From Bacillota bacterium (GTDB lineage Bacteria > Bacillota > Clostridia > Peptostreptococcales > Anaerovoracaceae): a DNA stretch of 60,460 nucleotides. Each line of letters starts with the position of its first letter. The stretch's first letter is position 1. The stretch is from contig JAGAFN010000011.1 in assembly GCA_017612585.1 (NCBI GenBank), forward strand, positions 1 through 60,460. Reading direction: 5' to 3'. A program made the translations under genes and the position numbers. Of this stretch, positions 17,857 to 26,348 are shown one piece after another. Under the pieces are notes generated by a model. That model made no database searches. It was not told the origin of the DNA and saw nothing but the letters and a program-made list of their open reading frames with translations.

Positions 17857-19314
17857 CTATTTGAATGCGAGTCCATGCCCTATCGGGTTTCCGCTCTTCG
17901 CTTCTTTTAATGCCGCGCGGAGCTCGTCTCTAAACTTTGGATGTGCGCAGTTTTCTATTATCACTTCCGCACGTTCAAATGCAGTTAATCCGCGAAGATC
18001 CGCTGCACCCTGCTCGGTAACTATTACATCGACATCATGCTCGGTATGATCGACGTGTGATACCTTGGGAACGATGCAGCTGAGCTCGCCGCCCTTTGCA
18101 GTCGATGCGGTAGTAAAAATCGTAAGTCCCGCATTTCTTGCAAAGTCGCCCGAACCGCCGATTCCGTTCATGATACGTTTACCGGCTACATGCGTTGAAT
18201 TTACATTGCCGGAGAGATCGGCCTCGAGCGCGGTATTCATCGCGATGAGACCGAGGCGCTTTATGACTTCGGGAGAATTGCTTATCTCCTCAGGACGCAA
18301 AACTATTTTGTCCTTGTATTTATCTATGTTCTCAAAGACAGCTTTCTTTCCCGATGGCGAAATCGTGAGCGCCGTCGCCGAAGCCATCTTTACTTTTCCC
18401 GAATCGATCAGTTTAAGAACCGCATCCTGCATCACCTCTGTGTAAACAGTCAGATTCTCAAAGTCCGATTCCGCGAGACAGCTAAGCACTGCATTTGCAA
18501 CGCCGCCGACTCCCGACTGAAGCGGAGGAAGCGGATTGGAGAGGCGTCCCACCTCAACTTCTTTTTCGAGGAATGCGATTAAGTGCTCCGCGATTGCCTG
18601 CATCGTTTCGTCGGCAGGCTGGAGCTCGCTGTTTCCATCAATGATGTCCGAGAATATAATCGCCGCAATCTTGTCCGGGCTGCACGGAATATATGTAGTT
18701 CCGATTCTGTCGCCGGGCTTTGTTATCGGAATCGGTTTCGTGTTCGGCGCCTTCTCGCAAGTGTAGATGTCGTGCACGCCTTCTATCTCAACCGGCATCG
18801 CCGTGCTGATTTCAACGATTACCTTGTCCGCAACCTTGACGAGCGTGTCGGAGCAACCGACCGACGCAGTTGGAATAATATTTCCCTCTTCATCGATTGC
18901 CGCAGCTTCCACAACAGCAAAGTCTATATTTCCGAATATGCCCTGCTTGATCCATGTCGGAACCTGGCTCAGGTGGATGTCCACATAGTTTATCTCGCCA
19001 CTGTTGATGCGGTCCCTTATGTCCTTGTTGGTCTGATACGGGTATCTCCGTGCGATTACACCCGCCCTGGAAAGAGATCCGTCGATTTCGTCTCCGACAG
19101 ATGCACCCGTGATGAGCGTAATGCCGAGCTTTTCGCCCGCATCGCCCCTTGCGGCAAGTGCAAGCGGGAACGCCTTGGGATATCCAACTGCGGTAAATCC
19201 CGCCATCCCGATAGTGTCGCCCTCTTTAACAAGCGCCGCAGCCTCTTCCGAACTTACTACCTTGCTCCTTAGGCTCTCGTTTCTGATACGCTTAATAGCT
19301 TCGTTTTTCCCCAT
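17857..19314 (-). CDS. Succinate/acetate CoA-transferase (Cat1/acetyl-CoA hydrolase family)
   Basis: GFTAVGYPKA, LQSGVG, YTEVMQD, NGIGGSGDF, HVDHTEHD. Confidence 0.88.
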   Translation of the reverse strand: MGKNEAIKRIRNESLRSKVVSSEEAAALVKEGDTIGMAGFTAVGYPKAFPLALAARGDAGEKLGITLITGASVGDEIDGSLSRAGVIARRYPYQTNKDIRDRINSGEINYVDIHLSQVPTWIKQGIFGNIDFAVVEAAAIDEEGNIIPTASVGCSDTLVKVADKVIVEISTAMPVEIEGVHDIYTCEKAPNTKPIPITKPGDRIGTTYIPCSPDKIAAIIFSDIIDGNSELQPADETMQAIAEHLIAFLEKEVEVGRLSNPLPPLQSGVGGVANAVLSCLAESDFENLTVYTEVMQDAVLKLIDSGKVKMASATALTISPSGKKAVFENIDKYKDKIVLRPEEISNSPEVIKRLGLIAMNTALEADLSGNVNSTHVAGKRIMNGIGGSGDFARNAGLTIFTTASTAKGGELSCIVPKVSHVDHTEHDVDVIVTEQGAADLRGLTAFERAEVIIENCAHPKFRDELRAALKEAKSGNPIGHGLAFK

Positions 19315-19519
19315 TTTAGGCCCTCCGAATGACCAAAAAAACATCCGTGAACCTTCCTTTATTTTCCACCACTCACTAAATAATTATTGTACCATTTTTG
19401 GCCACGCTTGTCATTAGTTCGTACATTATTATATGCACTTTCTTATATCCGCGGTCTTACTTGCGAGGAGCAGATAGTATATAATAGATTTGCAGTAATT
19501 TGAGAAAGAGAACAGTAAA

Positions 19520-20167
19520 ATGCAGACTTCAGAGAGTTTTAAACTTAGTGCCCTCCTGTCATTTTCGGGCGGACTTCAGGATGCGTACACCTATAACGTG
19601 AGAGGAAATATCTTTGCCAATGCGCAAACCGGAAACGTAGTCCTGATGAGTCAGAATTTTATGCAGGGAGAACCGACGCAGGCCCTTAGGTACATGTGGC
19701 CAATTATTTCATTTGCGTGCGGAGTATTTGTTGCAGAGAGAATTGAAAACAAATTAAAGGAAAGCCAAAGGATTCATTGGAGACAGGCAATACTTTTTGT
19801 GGAGATGGTAGTCCTTGCGATAGTAGGCCTCCTTCCACTCAGCATGGAGATGCTGGCAAACATTATGGTTTCCTTTGCTTGTGCCATGCAGGTGCAGACA
19901 TTCAGAAAAGTCCACGGTTACGGCTATGCCAGCACAATGTGCATAGGAAACTTAAGAAAGGGAACAGAGAGCCTATCCAAGTATATGCGTAACAAAGACA
20001 AAGAATCCCTCAACAAGGCGCTCCACTTCTTTGGAATAATCCTCATATTCGCGATTGGCGCGGGCGTCGGCGGCGTGCTTTCCGGAATCATCGGCATAAA
20101 GACAATCTGGATATCCGTCGCCATACTTATGATAGTAACAGCCATGATGATCAAGGAAGCGTATTGA
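19520..20167 (+). CDS. YoaK/DUF1275 family membrane protein
   Basis: GGLQDAY..FANAQTGN and STMCIGNLR motifs. Confidence 0.88.
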   Translation: MQTSESFKLSALLSFSGGLQDAYTYNVRGNIFANAQTGNVVLMSQNFMQGEPTQALRYMWPIISFACGVFVAERIENKLKESQRIHWRQAILFVEMVVLAIVGLLPLSMEMLANIMVSFACAMQVQTFRKVHGYGYASTMCIGNLRKGTESLSKYMRNKDKESLNKALHFFGIILIFAIGAGVGGVLSGIIGIKTIWISVAILMIVTAMMIKEAY

Positions 20168-20233
20168 TTCACATGCATTGATTTATGCGTGTTGATTCAT
20201 CTTAGACCCTTGAACACAGATAGTATTATGCAT

Positions 20234-20270
20234 GCAAAAAGGGAACGCCTTCTGCGTTCCCTTTGCTTTT
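20234..20270. terminator. Bidirectional terminator between convergent yoaK-like gene and rpmE
   Basis: AAAGGGAACGC/GCGTTCCCTTT stem. Confidence 0.7.
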
Positions 20271-20296
20271 TGATATGCGTGCAGCAATCAGTTCGA

Positions 20297-20497
20297 TTAG
20301 TCCATATTGTATTTGCTCTTGAACTTTTCTACGCGTCCGCCACGGTTGACGAACTTCTGCTGTCCTGTAAAGAACGGGTGGCACGCCGAGCAAACGTCAA
20401 GCCTCATTTCAGGCTTTGTTGACTTGGTTATAAACTCGTTTCCGCATGCGCAAGTAACTTTACATTCCACATATTCAGGATGGATTCCTTCCTTCAT
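20297..20497 (-). CDS. rpmE: 50S ribosomal protein L31 (Zn-binding form)
   Basis: [21 protein letters not shown]. Confidence 0.97.
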   Translation of the reverse strand: MKEGIHPEYVECKVTCACGNEFITKSTKPEMRLDVCSACHPFFTGQQKFVNRGGRVEKFKSKYNMD

Positions 20498-20680
20498 GCT
20501 TCTACCTCTTTCTGCTCGGGCTATCCCGTGCTAATCTTAGTCCTGTGCTTTTGCACAGCCTATGTATTGTATCATAGCGTTAGCACCTACGCAACCCCTA
20601 TATTTAGTGGCTTTTTTGGTGCGCTAGCGCCTTTCGGAGCGATTCTCACGAGCCAATTCTATGCCCTCCCCGGAACGCAT

Positions 20681-23600
20681 TTAGATATACTCATAATTAC
20701 ATCCACCGAAAGATGGATCAAAATTGCAGATGCTCTTATAACCGCAGTATGTGCACGGATCGCTTGTCCCGAGTTTCTTTGGCCTAAGCTCGATGCGGCC
20801 GGCCATTATATCTTCGCAGATATCAGAGGTTATCGCTCTAACCTCTTCCTGGAGTCCGTCGAGGTCCTCTTCTGATATCAAATACTTCCCTGAAGACTTG
20901 TCGAATTCTCCGTCCTTCTTTCTTCCTAGCTTTACGACCGACGATTTGCCATCAAACTCTCCCGCAATCTCCCTTATAACGTCATCGTCATCGATTAGCA
21001 CGCCGTCCATCCTGTAACTCGCCTTGAGACTTTCTTCAAATGCCTCGCGCGCCTCTTCCTTAACCATAGCGTCAACAGATCCTCTCGGTTCTGTTATCAG
21101 GAAGTAGAAGAGTCCCGCAGGCTTTTTCTTCCCTTCGCGCGCGGCCTCGAGATAAAGCATTAACTGCAGGCTATACCCCGCACGCACAGCGTCGAGGTCT
21201 AGACTCATATTCCCGGTCTTGTAATCGATAATCTTTACGCGACCGCTGTTCATGATATCCAGCCTGTCGATTCTTCCTTCGATATAAACCTTTCTTCCGT
21301 CCGAAAGGGTTCTTTCTATCGGCGCAAGCACGGTCTTACCGTCACCTGACTTACCGTACCTTCCAAACTGAACTTCGTAGCGACTTTCCTTGATATCTCC
21401 GATTCTCGCCTGCTCGACCAAAGTCCACGCAACAAATTTGCATGCGGATATTGCGCGATTAAGAAGATAGTTCTCCGCACCCTTCTTTTTGAAAAGCTTA
21501 TCGTGATACTCTTCCGCCCATTCGTTTGCAAAGAGTTCAATCATATCATCCGCTTCTTCATTTGTTATCGTATCCCACGCATTATTATCTGTGAGAGCCG
21601 CGGCGAAACGCTCGAGCGTGCTGTGATAGAGGTCCCCTATCTCGCGCCCCGCAACTTCGTCAACCCGCTCCTCCTCCACACGCAGTACGTACGAAACAAA
21701 ATGCTTGTACGGGCATGAACTGAAGTTCTCAAGTTCCGAAGGACTGTACGAATCATTGAACATATAGTCCATGACATTCTTTCCGAGGTCCTCCTGCGCA
21801 TTCGTGAAATCGAGATTCTCCTGTATCGTTCTCAGGTTGTCGCTTCCCTCTTTATTGTCTTTATCCGAAAGCCATTCCGAAACGACATTCCATCCCTCGT
21901 CGACCGGCTGTCCGAGTTTTTGATTTCTCATCGCTTCGCTATAGCGCCTTAATGTGTTCGTGTCGCCTCCGAGCCTTGCGGAAATATCATCCGAAAGATT
22001 TGGATCCTCTGTCTCCTTTAGGTCCGTGAAAATCTTTTTGATGGTTGCTATGACTTCCGAAGGCTGGAGTGCATCTCCCTTTGCGCCTGCGGTGCTGTAT
22101 GAAATCCAGAGATCCTCTTCGGCTTTGAACATGCATCTATACATCGCCATGTCTTCTTCCATGCGCCTTACGTCAGAGTCCCCGCCAAAGGCAAAGCCCT
22201 CGGCTTCGAGTTCTGCCATCTCTTCTTTGCTGAAGAGCACATCGTCAGAAGGTTTAAGCGGAAGTATGCCGTCGTTTGCACCCATTATGATTACAGATTT
22301 TACGTCGCCCGCTCTCGTTCTCTGCATCGTTCCGAGAAGCATATCGTCCGCACTCGGCGGAAGAACTCCTATCTCGAGCTGCGAGAGTCCCGCTCTCAGA
22401 ATCTCTCCGAACTCCTTTCCGTCAAAGGGCGTACTGCCCATGATTTCTTCTATCTGATCGAAGATTGTCTTGATGACTTCCCAAATCTGTTCGCTCTCTT
22501 CTGCGACATCCGGCGCACCAACGGAGCGCTGAACTTCAGAGAGCGCATTCATTTTTTCTTCTATGTTAAGACTATCTTCAAAAAACGCCTTTACTTCTCC
22601 GATGAACTCTCCGTATGTCTTGCTTTTTTTATAAAGTTCCTCGAATTCCAAAAGTGGCGGTATCGCCTTCTTCCTTATTTCTTCTATAGCGTTAAGTCCG
22701 CCGTCCCGATAGCGCCTCATATACGAACCGCGCGTAAACTCCTTCTTCCATGTTGTTCCGCGAACCCTGAGTCTATATGCGTACTGCTCGAGCGCAGCAA
22801 TTTCTTCGCGAGTGAGCTCCGTGATGCCGCTCTTAAGCGCAGCTATAACATCCTCAGCCCTATATCCGTAGATCATCGAATTTAGAAGTGCAGAAATATA
22901 AATCGCAATCGGCGAATTAACGACCTTGCGTTTCTTGTCGTCAAATACCTCGAGTCCGTATTCCTGGAAGACGCGAGAAATTATCCCTCCTCTTTCACTC
23001 TGGTCATTACAGATTACAAGAATGTCAGAAAGGCGATAGCTTTTTTCCCTAAGAAGCTCCCTGATATGCGATGCAGCGGCCTCCACTTCCGCATAAGGAG
23101 AAGCGCATTTAACAAGCGACACTCCCTCGTACGCGTCTTCTCCCTTCTCCTCTCTTATTCCGACGGAAAAGAGTTCCCTTTCAAGCGTGGCAATTCCCGG
23201 CGCACGCTCTCTTGCTGCATACGATTTTTTTTCGTCCTCATTAAGATCGATTACAAAATGCTTGGATCCCGCATCATCAGCGGATTTCAAAAGCTCTCCC
23301 GTGACCTTTGACGAAAGCGTGAACAAATCCTCGTCTCTCGCATTAACGTCCCATGTCAAAAATACGTTTACCGATTTCGCGCGTTCCATGAGCGCCTCTA
23401 TGAACGAAAGATTCTTTGGTGTGAAACTGTCGAATCCGTAAATCCAAATATTGCTCCCTGCAATGAGCTCCGATTCGCGCGTCGCTTCCGCATACATCGA
23501 TATCAAGTCTTCCGAGTCGGTGTATTTACCCGCAATCGCCTCTTCGTACTTCCCGTAAACAAAATTAATATCGCGAAGCTTTCTCTGAAGCGCGGTTGCG

Positions 23601-24031
23601 TTTGTGAGTCCTCTCGCCGCAACGACTTCCTCTATCTCCGCAGGCGAAACCTCGTACTGCTTTGCCTTTGAAATAAAATCGTTTACAGCCGCAACAAAGT
23701 TTTCTCTTCCCCACATCCCCTTAAATGCGTCGAGGTTTTCATTTTCGTCGCGAAGAATTTTTGAAACGAGCATGTGTCGGCCGTAGCGATTGATAACAGT
23801 CTTCTTATCCTTTCCGCATTCGGAAAGAAGTCTCGAGCCGAGCCTTGAAAAACTTAAAATTTCAATATCCAGGAGCACCTTGGAGTCGAGCCTGGAAAGA
23901 GCCTGCTTTTCTGCAACCAAAGTATACTGGTCGGGAACAAGCACCAATGTGCGCCCGCCGACCTCTTTAATCATGCTGTATATGAACTTTTCTTTATCCA
24001 CGGTCTCGCGACCGCGGTAGATGTTCAGCAT
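20681..24031 (-). CDS. addB: ATP-dependent helicase/nuclease subunit B
   Basis: LVPDQYT, SFSRL, CPYKHF, GRIDRLD, IDYKTG, QL.LY and C-terminal C..C.....C Fe-S ligands. Confidence 0.9.
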   Translation of the reverse strand: MLNIYRGRETVDKEKFIYSMIKEVGGRTLVLVPDQYTLVAEKQALSRLDSKVLLDIEILSFSRLGSRLLSECGKDKKTVINRYGRHMLVSKILRDENENLDAFKGMWGRENFVAAVNDFISKAKQYEVSPAEIEEVVAARGLTNATALQRKLRDINFVYGKYEEAIAGKYTDSEDLISMYAEATRESELIAGSNIWIYGFDSFTPKNLSFIEALMERAKSVNVFLTWDVNARDEDLFTLSSKVTGELLKSADDAGSKHFVIDLNEDEKKSYAARERAPGIATLERELFSVGIREEKGEDAYEGVSLVKCASPYAEVEAAASHIRELLREKSYRLSDILVICNDQSERGGIISRVFQEYGLEVFDDKKRKVVNSPIAIYISALLNSMIYGYRAEDVIAALKSGITELTREEIAALEQYAYRLRVRGTTWKKEFTRGSYMRRYRDGGLNAIEEIRKKAIPPLLEFEELYKKSKTYGEFIGEVKAFFEDSLNIEEKMNALSEVQRSVGAPDVAEESEQIWEVIKTIFDQIEEIMGSTPFDGKEFGEILRAGLSQLEIGVLPPSADDMLLGTMQRTRAGDVKSVIIMGANDGILPLKPSDDVLFSKEEMAELEAEGFAFGGDSDVRRMEEDMAMYRCMFKAEEDLWISYSTAGAKGDALQPSEVIATIKKIFTDLKETEDPNLSDDISARLGGDTNTLRRYSEAMRNQKLGQPVDEGWNVVSEWLSDKDNKEGSDNLRTIQENLDFTNAQEDLGKNVMDYMFNDSYSPSELENFSSCPYKHFVSYVLRVEEERVDEVAGREIGDLYHSTLERFAAALTDNNAWDTITNEEADDMIELFANEWAEEYHDKLFKKKGAENYLLNRAISACKFVAWTLVEQARIGDIKESRYEVQFGRYGKSGDGKTVLAPIERTLSDGRKVYIEGRIDRLDIMNSGRVKIIDYKTGNMSLDLDAVRAGYSLQLMLYLEAAREGKKKPAGLFYFLITEPRGSVDAMVKEEAREAFEESLKASYRMDGVLIDDDDVIREIAGEFDGKSSVVKLGRKKDGEFDKSSGKYLISEEDLDGLQEEVRAITSDICEDIMAGRIELRPKKLGTSDPCTYCGYKSICNFDPSFGGCNYEYI

Positions 24032-24087
24032 TTATTTCTCCTCACAACATCAATCCACAAAATAATCCCCCGAAGATCTTATGCAAT

Positions 24088-24822
24088 TTACAAAAGTATC
24101 TTCCAGAGATCATCTGCTTCTTCAATTATATAGTCCGGCGTGAATACGTCAGCCTTATCATCGCTTCCCAATTTGAGTTGTCCTCCCGAAGAATCGCCGC
24201 ACGCGCCAGCATCCTTTGCCGTGCTCTCTACTCCCGACTTTGCCACCTCTGACCATCCAACCATAACGGTCGTCATGCCGGCGTTCTTTCCGCATCCCAT
24301 ATCGAATGCGCTGTCGCCAACCATGATTGACTCCTCCGGAGTGCTTCCGAGTTTCTTAAGGCAAATCAGTGCGGGCTCGGGGTCCGGCTTATGCTTATCA
24401 GTGTCCTCGACAGTTACCAGCGCATCAATCATATCTTCCAAGCCGAACTTCTCAAGTCCCATGATTGTGGAATTTCTCAGGCGTGATGTCGCGATTCCAA
24501 CTTTGTATCCGCGCTTCTTTAGATCAATAATCAGTTCCTTCATGCCGGGGAAGATTTCTATCTCATCCATAAAGATTTTCTTTTGATAGTTCCGATAGAT
24601 TTCAACGGACTCCTCCACATCAAAGTCCGGAAAAGTCCTCTCCATTGTATAATAAAGCGGCTCGCCAAACGTGGAGAGTATGTACGAAATATCTCCCTCA
24701 GCGCCGGTTCTCGCCCTATAAACCGCCTGCCATGACCCCACGATTAACTGATTCGTATCCGCAATCGTCCCGTCAAAATCAAAAACTACAGTTGTAAACT
24801 TCTTTTTCATCTTATTCTCCAT
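24088..24822 (-). CDS. HAD-superfamily hydrolase (PpaX/Gph-like)
   Basis: FDFDGT, KPDPEP, VGDS..D. Confidence 0.88.
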   Translation of the reverse strand: MENKMKKKFTTVVFDFDGTIADTNQLIVGSWQAVYRARTGAEGDISYILSTFGEPLYYTMERTFPDFDVEESVEIYRNYQKKIFMDEIEIFPGMKELIIDLKKRGYKVGIATSRLRNSTIMGLEKFGLEDMIDALVTVEDTDKHKPDPEPALICLKKLGSTPEESIMVGDSAFDMGCGKNAGMTTVMVGWSEVAKSGVESTAKDAGACGDSSGGQLKLGSDDKADVFTPDYIIEEADDLWKILL

Positions 24823-24850
24823 GCTGCTTTTCCATGCACTTATTATATCA

Positions 24851-26209
24851 TCACTTACACTTTTTCAGTAAATCGAGAGCCCTTTTAATCCACTCCGTGC
24901 CGCCGCTCAGCTTATATCCCGTGAAGCCTGAGGTCACAAGGAGCTCCTTGATTTCGTCCCTGCCTATATCTAGGTTTACAAGCTTTGAAAAGCTGATACC
25001 CATTTCGGAGAGTTCTTTAATATAGTCCCAATACGTTCCCGCAGGACCAAAGGTTGTCGCATACTCTTCTATATTCTTGCATGCCTTTTTTACCGTCTCT
25101 TCCGTGTCCTCGTAGAATAAACTGCGACCATTGTCATACAGGGGATAGAACGATTCCAACCCACTATCGTCAATTTTTACCGCAATGTTCGAGAGATGTC
25201 TGTCATCCTGCCTCGTCACAAAATCAAGGGCAATCATTCTAGCAAAATCCGCAATATAATTTGGTCTAGCCGATATAAGATTGTTTAATTCGTTCTCTCC
25301 TCTCTCGGAGACGAGCCTTCTGAAGTGGACGATGTGCTCGTTTATGAAATCATATTCAAAAACCGAAAACATTTGCTTTTCGTTCACCTTATAGCATCTG
25401 CAGCACGGAACCTTCATTAGTTTCGCCAGCTTATACACCGCGATTTCCGATTCAATATCAGTCGACAGCGGATGTATTCTTTCTTTATATATTCCATACT
25501 TTCCGCGATAAACACCGTAGCGCTTAATATTGTAGCCTTCCGGCGTGTCAACGCTGTCCCCTTCAAGATCTTTCTTCATTCTAAATACTGAATCAAAGAC
25601 ATCGCTCACGGCATCTGCCATCCTGTCGCTCTCTTTTTCCGCAAGCCAAAGCATGTCCTTTGCATTTATCGCCTTTGTTTTTTCGGCAATTTCAAATATG
25701 TCATAACTTGATAGCCCAAGTTTAAATAGTATTTTTTCGATATCCCTTCTGTCCCTGCTCACAATTCTTTCTGCCAAGAATTCTTGAAGTTCAGTTCTTG
25801 TCCAGTGACTTTTCCCTTTTGTATATGCGCTTACAACCGGGTTATAGTCAGGCTTTGTAAACGAAACCTCACGGTTTCCGTTTATTACTCCAATTACGTC
25901 GTCTTCCCACTTTAGATATCTCCGCGCATATACGTTATACTCAAAACCAACCTCGGATTCGGCTACCATTCCGGCGGATTCGCCTTCGCGAAGCCCGTAT
26001 ATCATTTGCTCCAGTTCTTTTCTTTCTTCCAAAGCTTTTTTATATGCTTCAAGCTCGTCGGTCTTGATATATTTGCTCTTTATCTTGTTGCCTTCTCTCC
26101 ACTGCAAATAGAAGCGCTCTTTTCCGTTTATGCGTTTCTTTGATATATAGCCCTTGGGGAGATTCGCTATTCGTTTTTCTATTGCTTTTTTATCATGCTC
26201 ATTATTCAT
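24851..26209 (-). CDS. HipA-like (HipA_C/CtkA-type) protein kinase with basic N-terminal domain
   Basis: D......DRHLSN and PLYDNG kinase motifs; GAGGA RBS before ATG 26209 (GTG 26248 is an alternative start). Confidence 0.7.
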   Translation of the reverse strand: MNNEHDKKAIEKRIANLPKGYISKKRINGKERFYLQWREGNKIKSKYIKTDELEAYKKALEERKELEQMIYGLREGESAGMVAESEVGFEYNVYARRYLKWEDDVIGVINGNREVSFTKPDYNPVVSAYTKGKSHWTRTELQEFLAERIVSRDRRDIEKILFKLGLSSYDIFEIAEKTKAINAKDMLWLAEKESDRMADAVSDVFDSVFRMKKDLEGDSVDTPEGYNIKRYGVYRGKYGIYKERIHPLSTDIESEIAVYKLAKLMKVPCCRCYKVNEKQMFSVFEYDFINEHIVHFRRLVSERGENELNNLISARPNYIADFARMIALDFVTRQDDRHLSNIAVKIDDSGLESFYPLYDNGRSLFYEDTEETVKKACKNIEEYATTFGPAGTYWDYIKELSEMGISFSKLVNLDIGRDEIKELLVTSGFTGYKLSGGTEWIKRALDLLKKCK

Positions 26210-26254
26210 GGTTTTTATCCTCAATAAAATATCGCCGCAGTTATCCACGACGAT

Positions 26255-26296
26255 ATTATAACCTACAATAACCTACAATGTCAAATATGTAGGTTA
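26255..26296 (-). promoter_or_regulatory. Consensus promoter overlapped by three TAACCTACA boxes
   Basis: TTGACA-18bp-TATAAT; two direct copies over the spacer and one inverted copy at 26288-26296. Confidence 0.75.
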
Positions 26297-26348
26297 CAGG
26301 CGGTCCGGTATAGACACCGCTACGGCATCACCGCCCGCCTAACTATTC

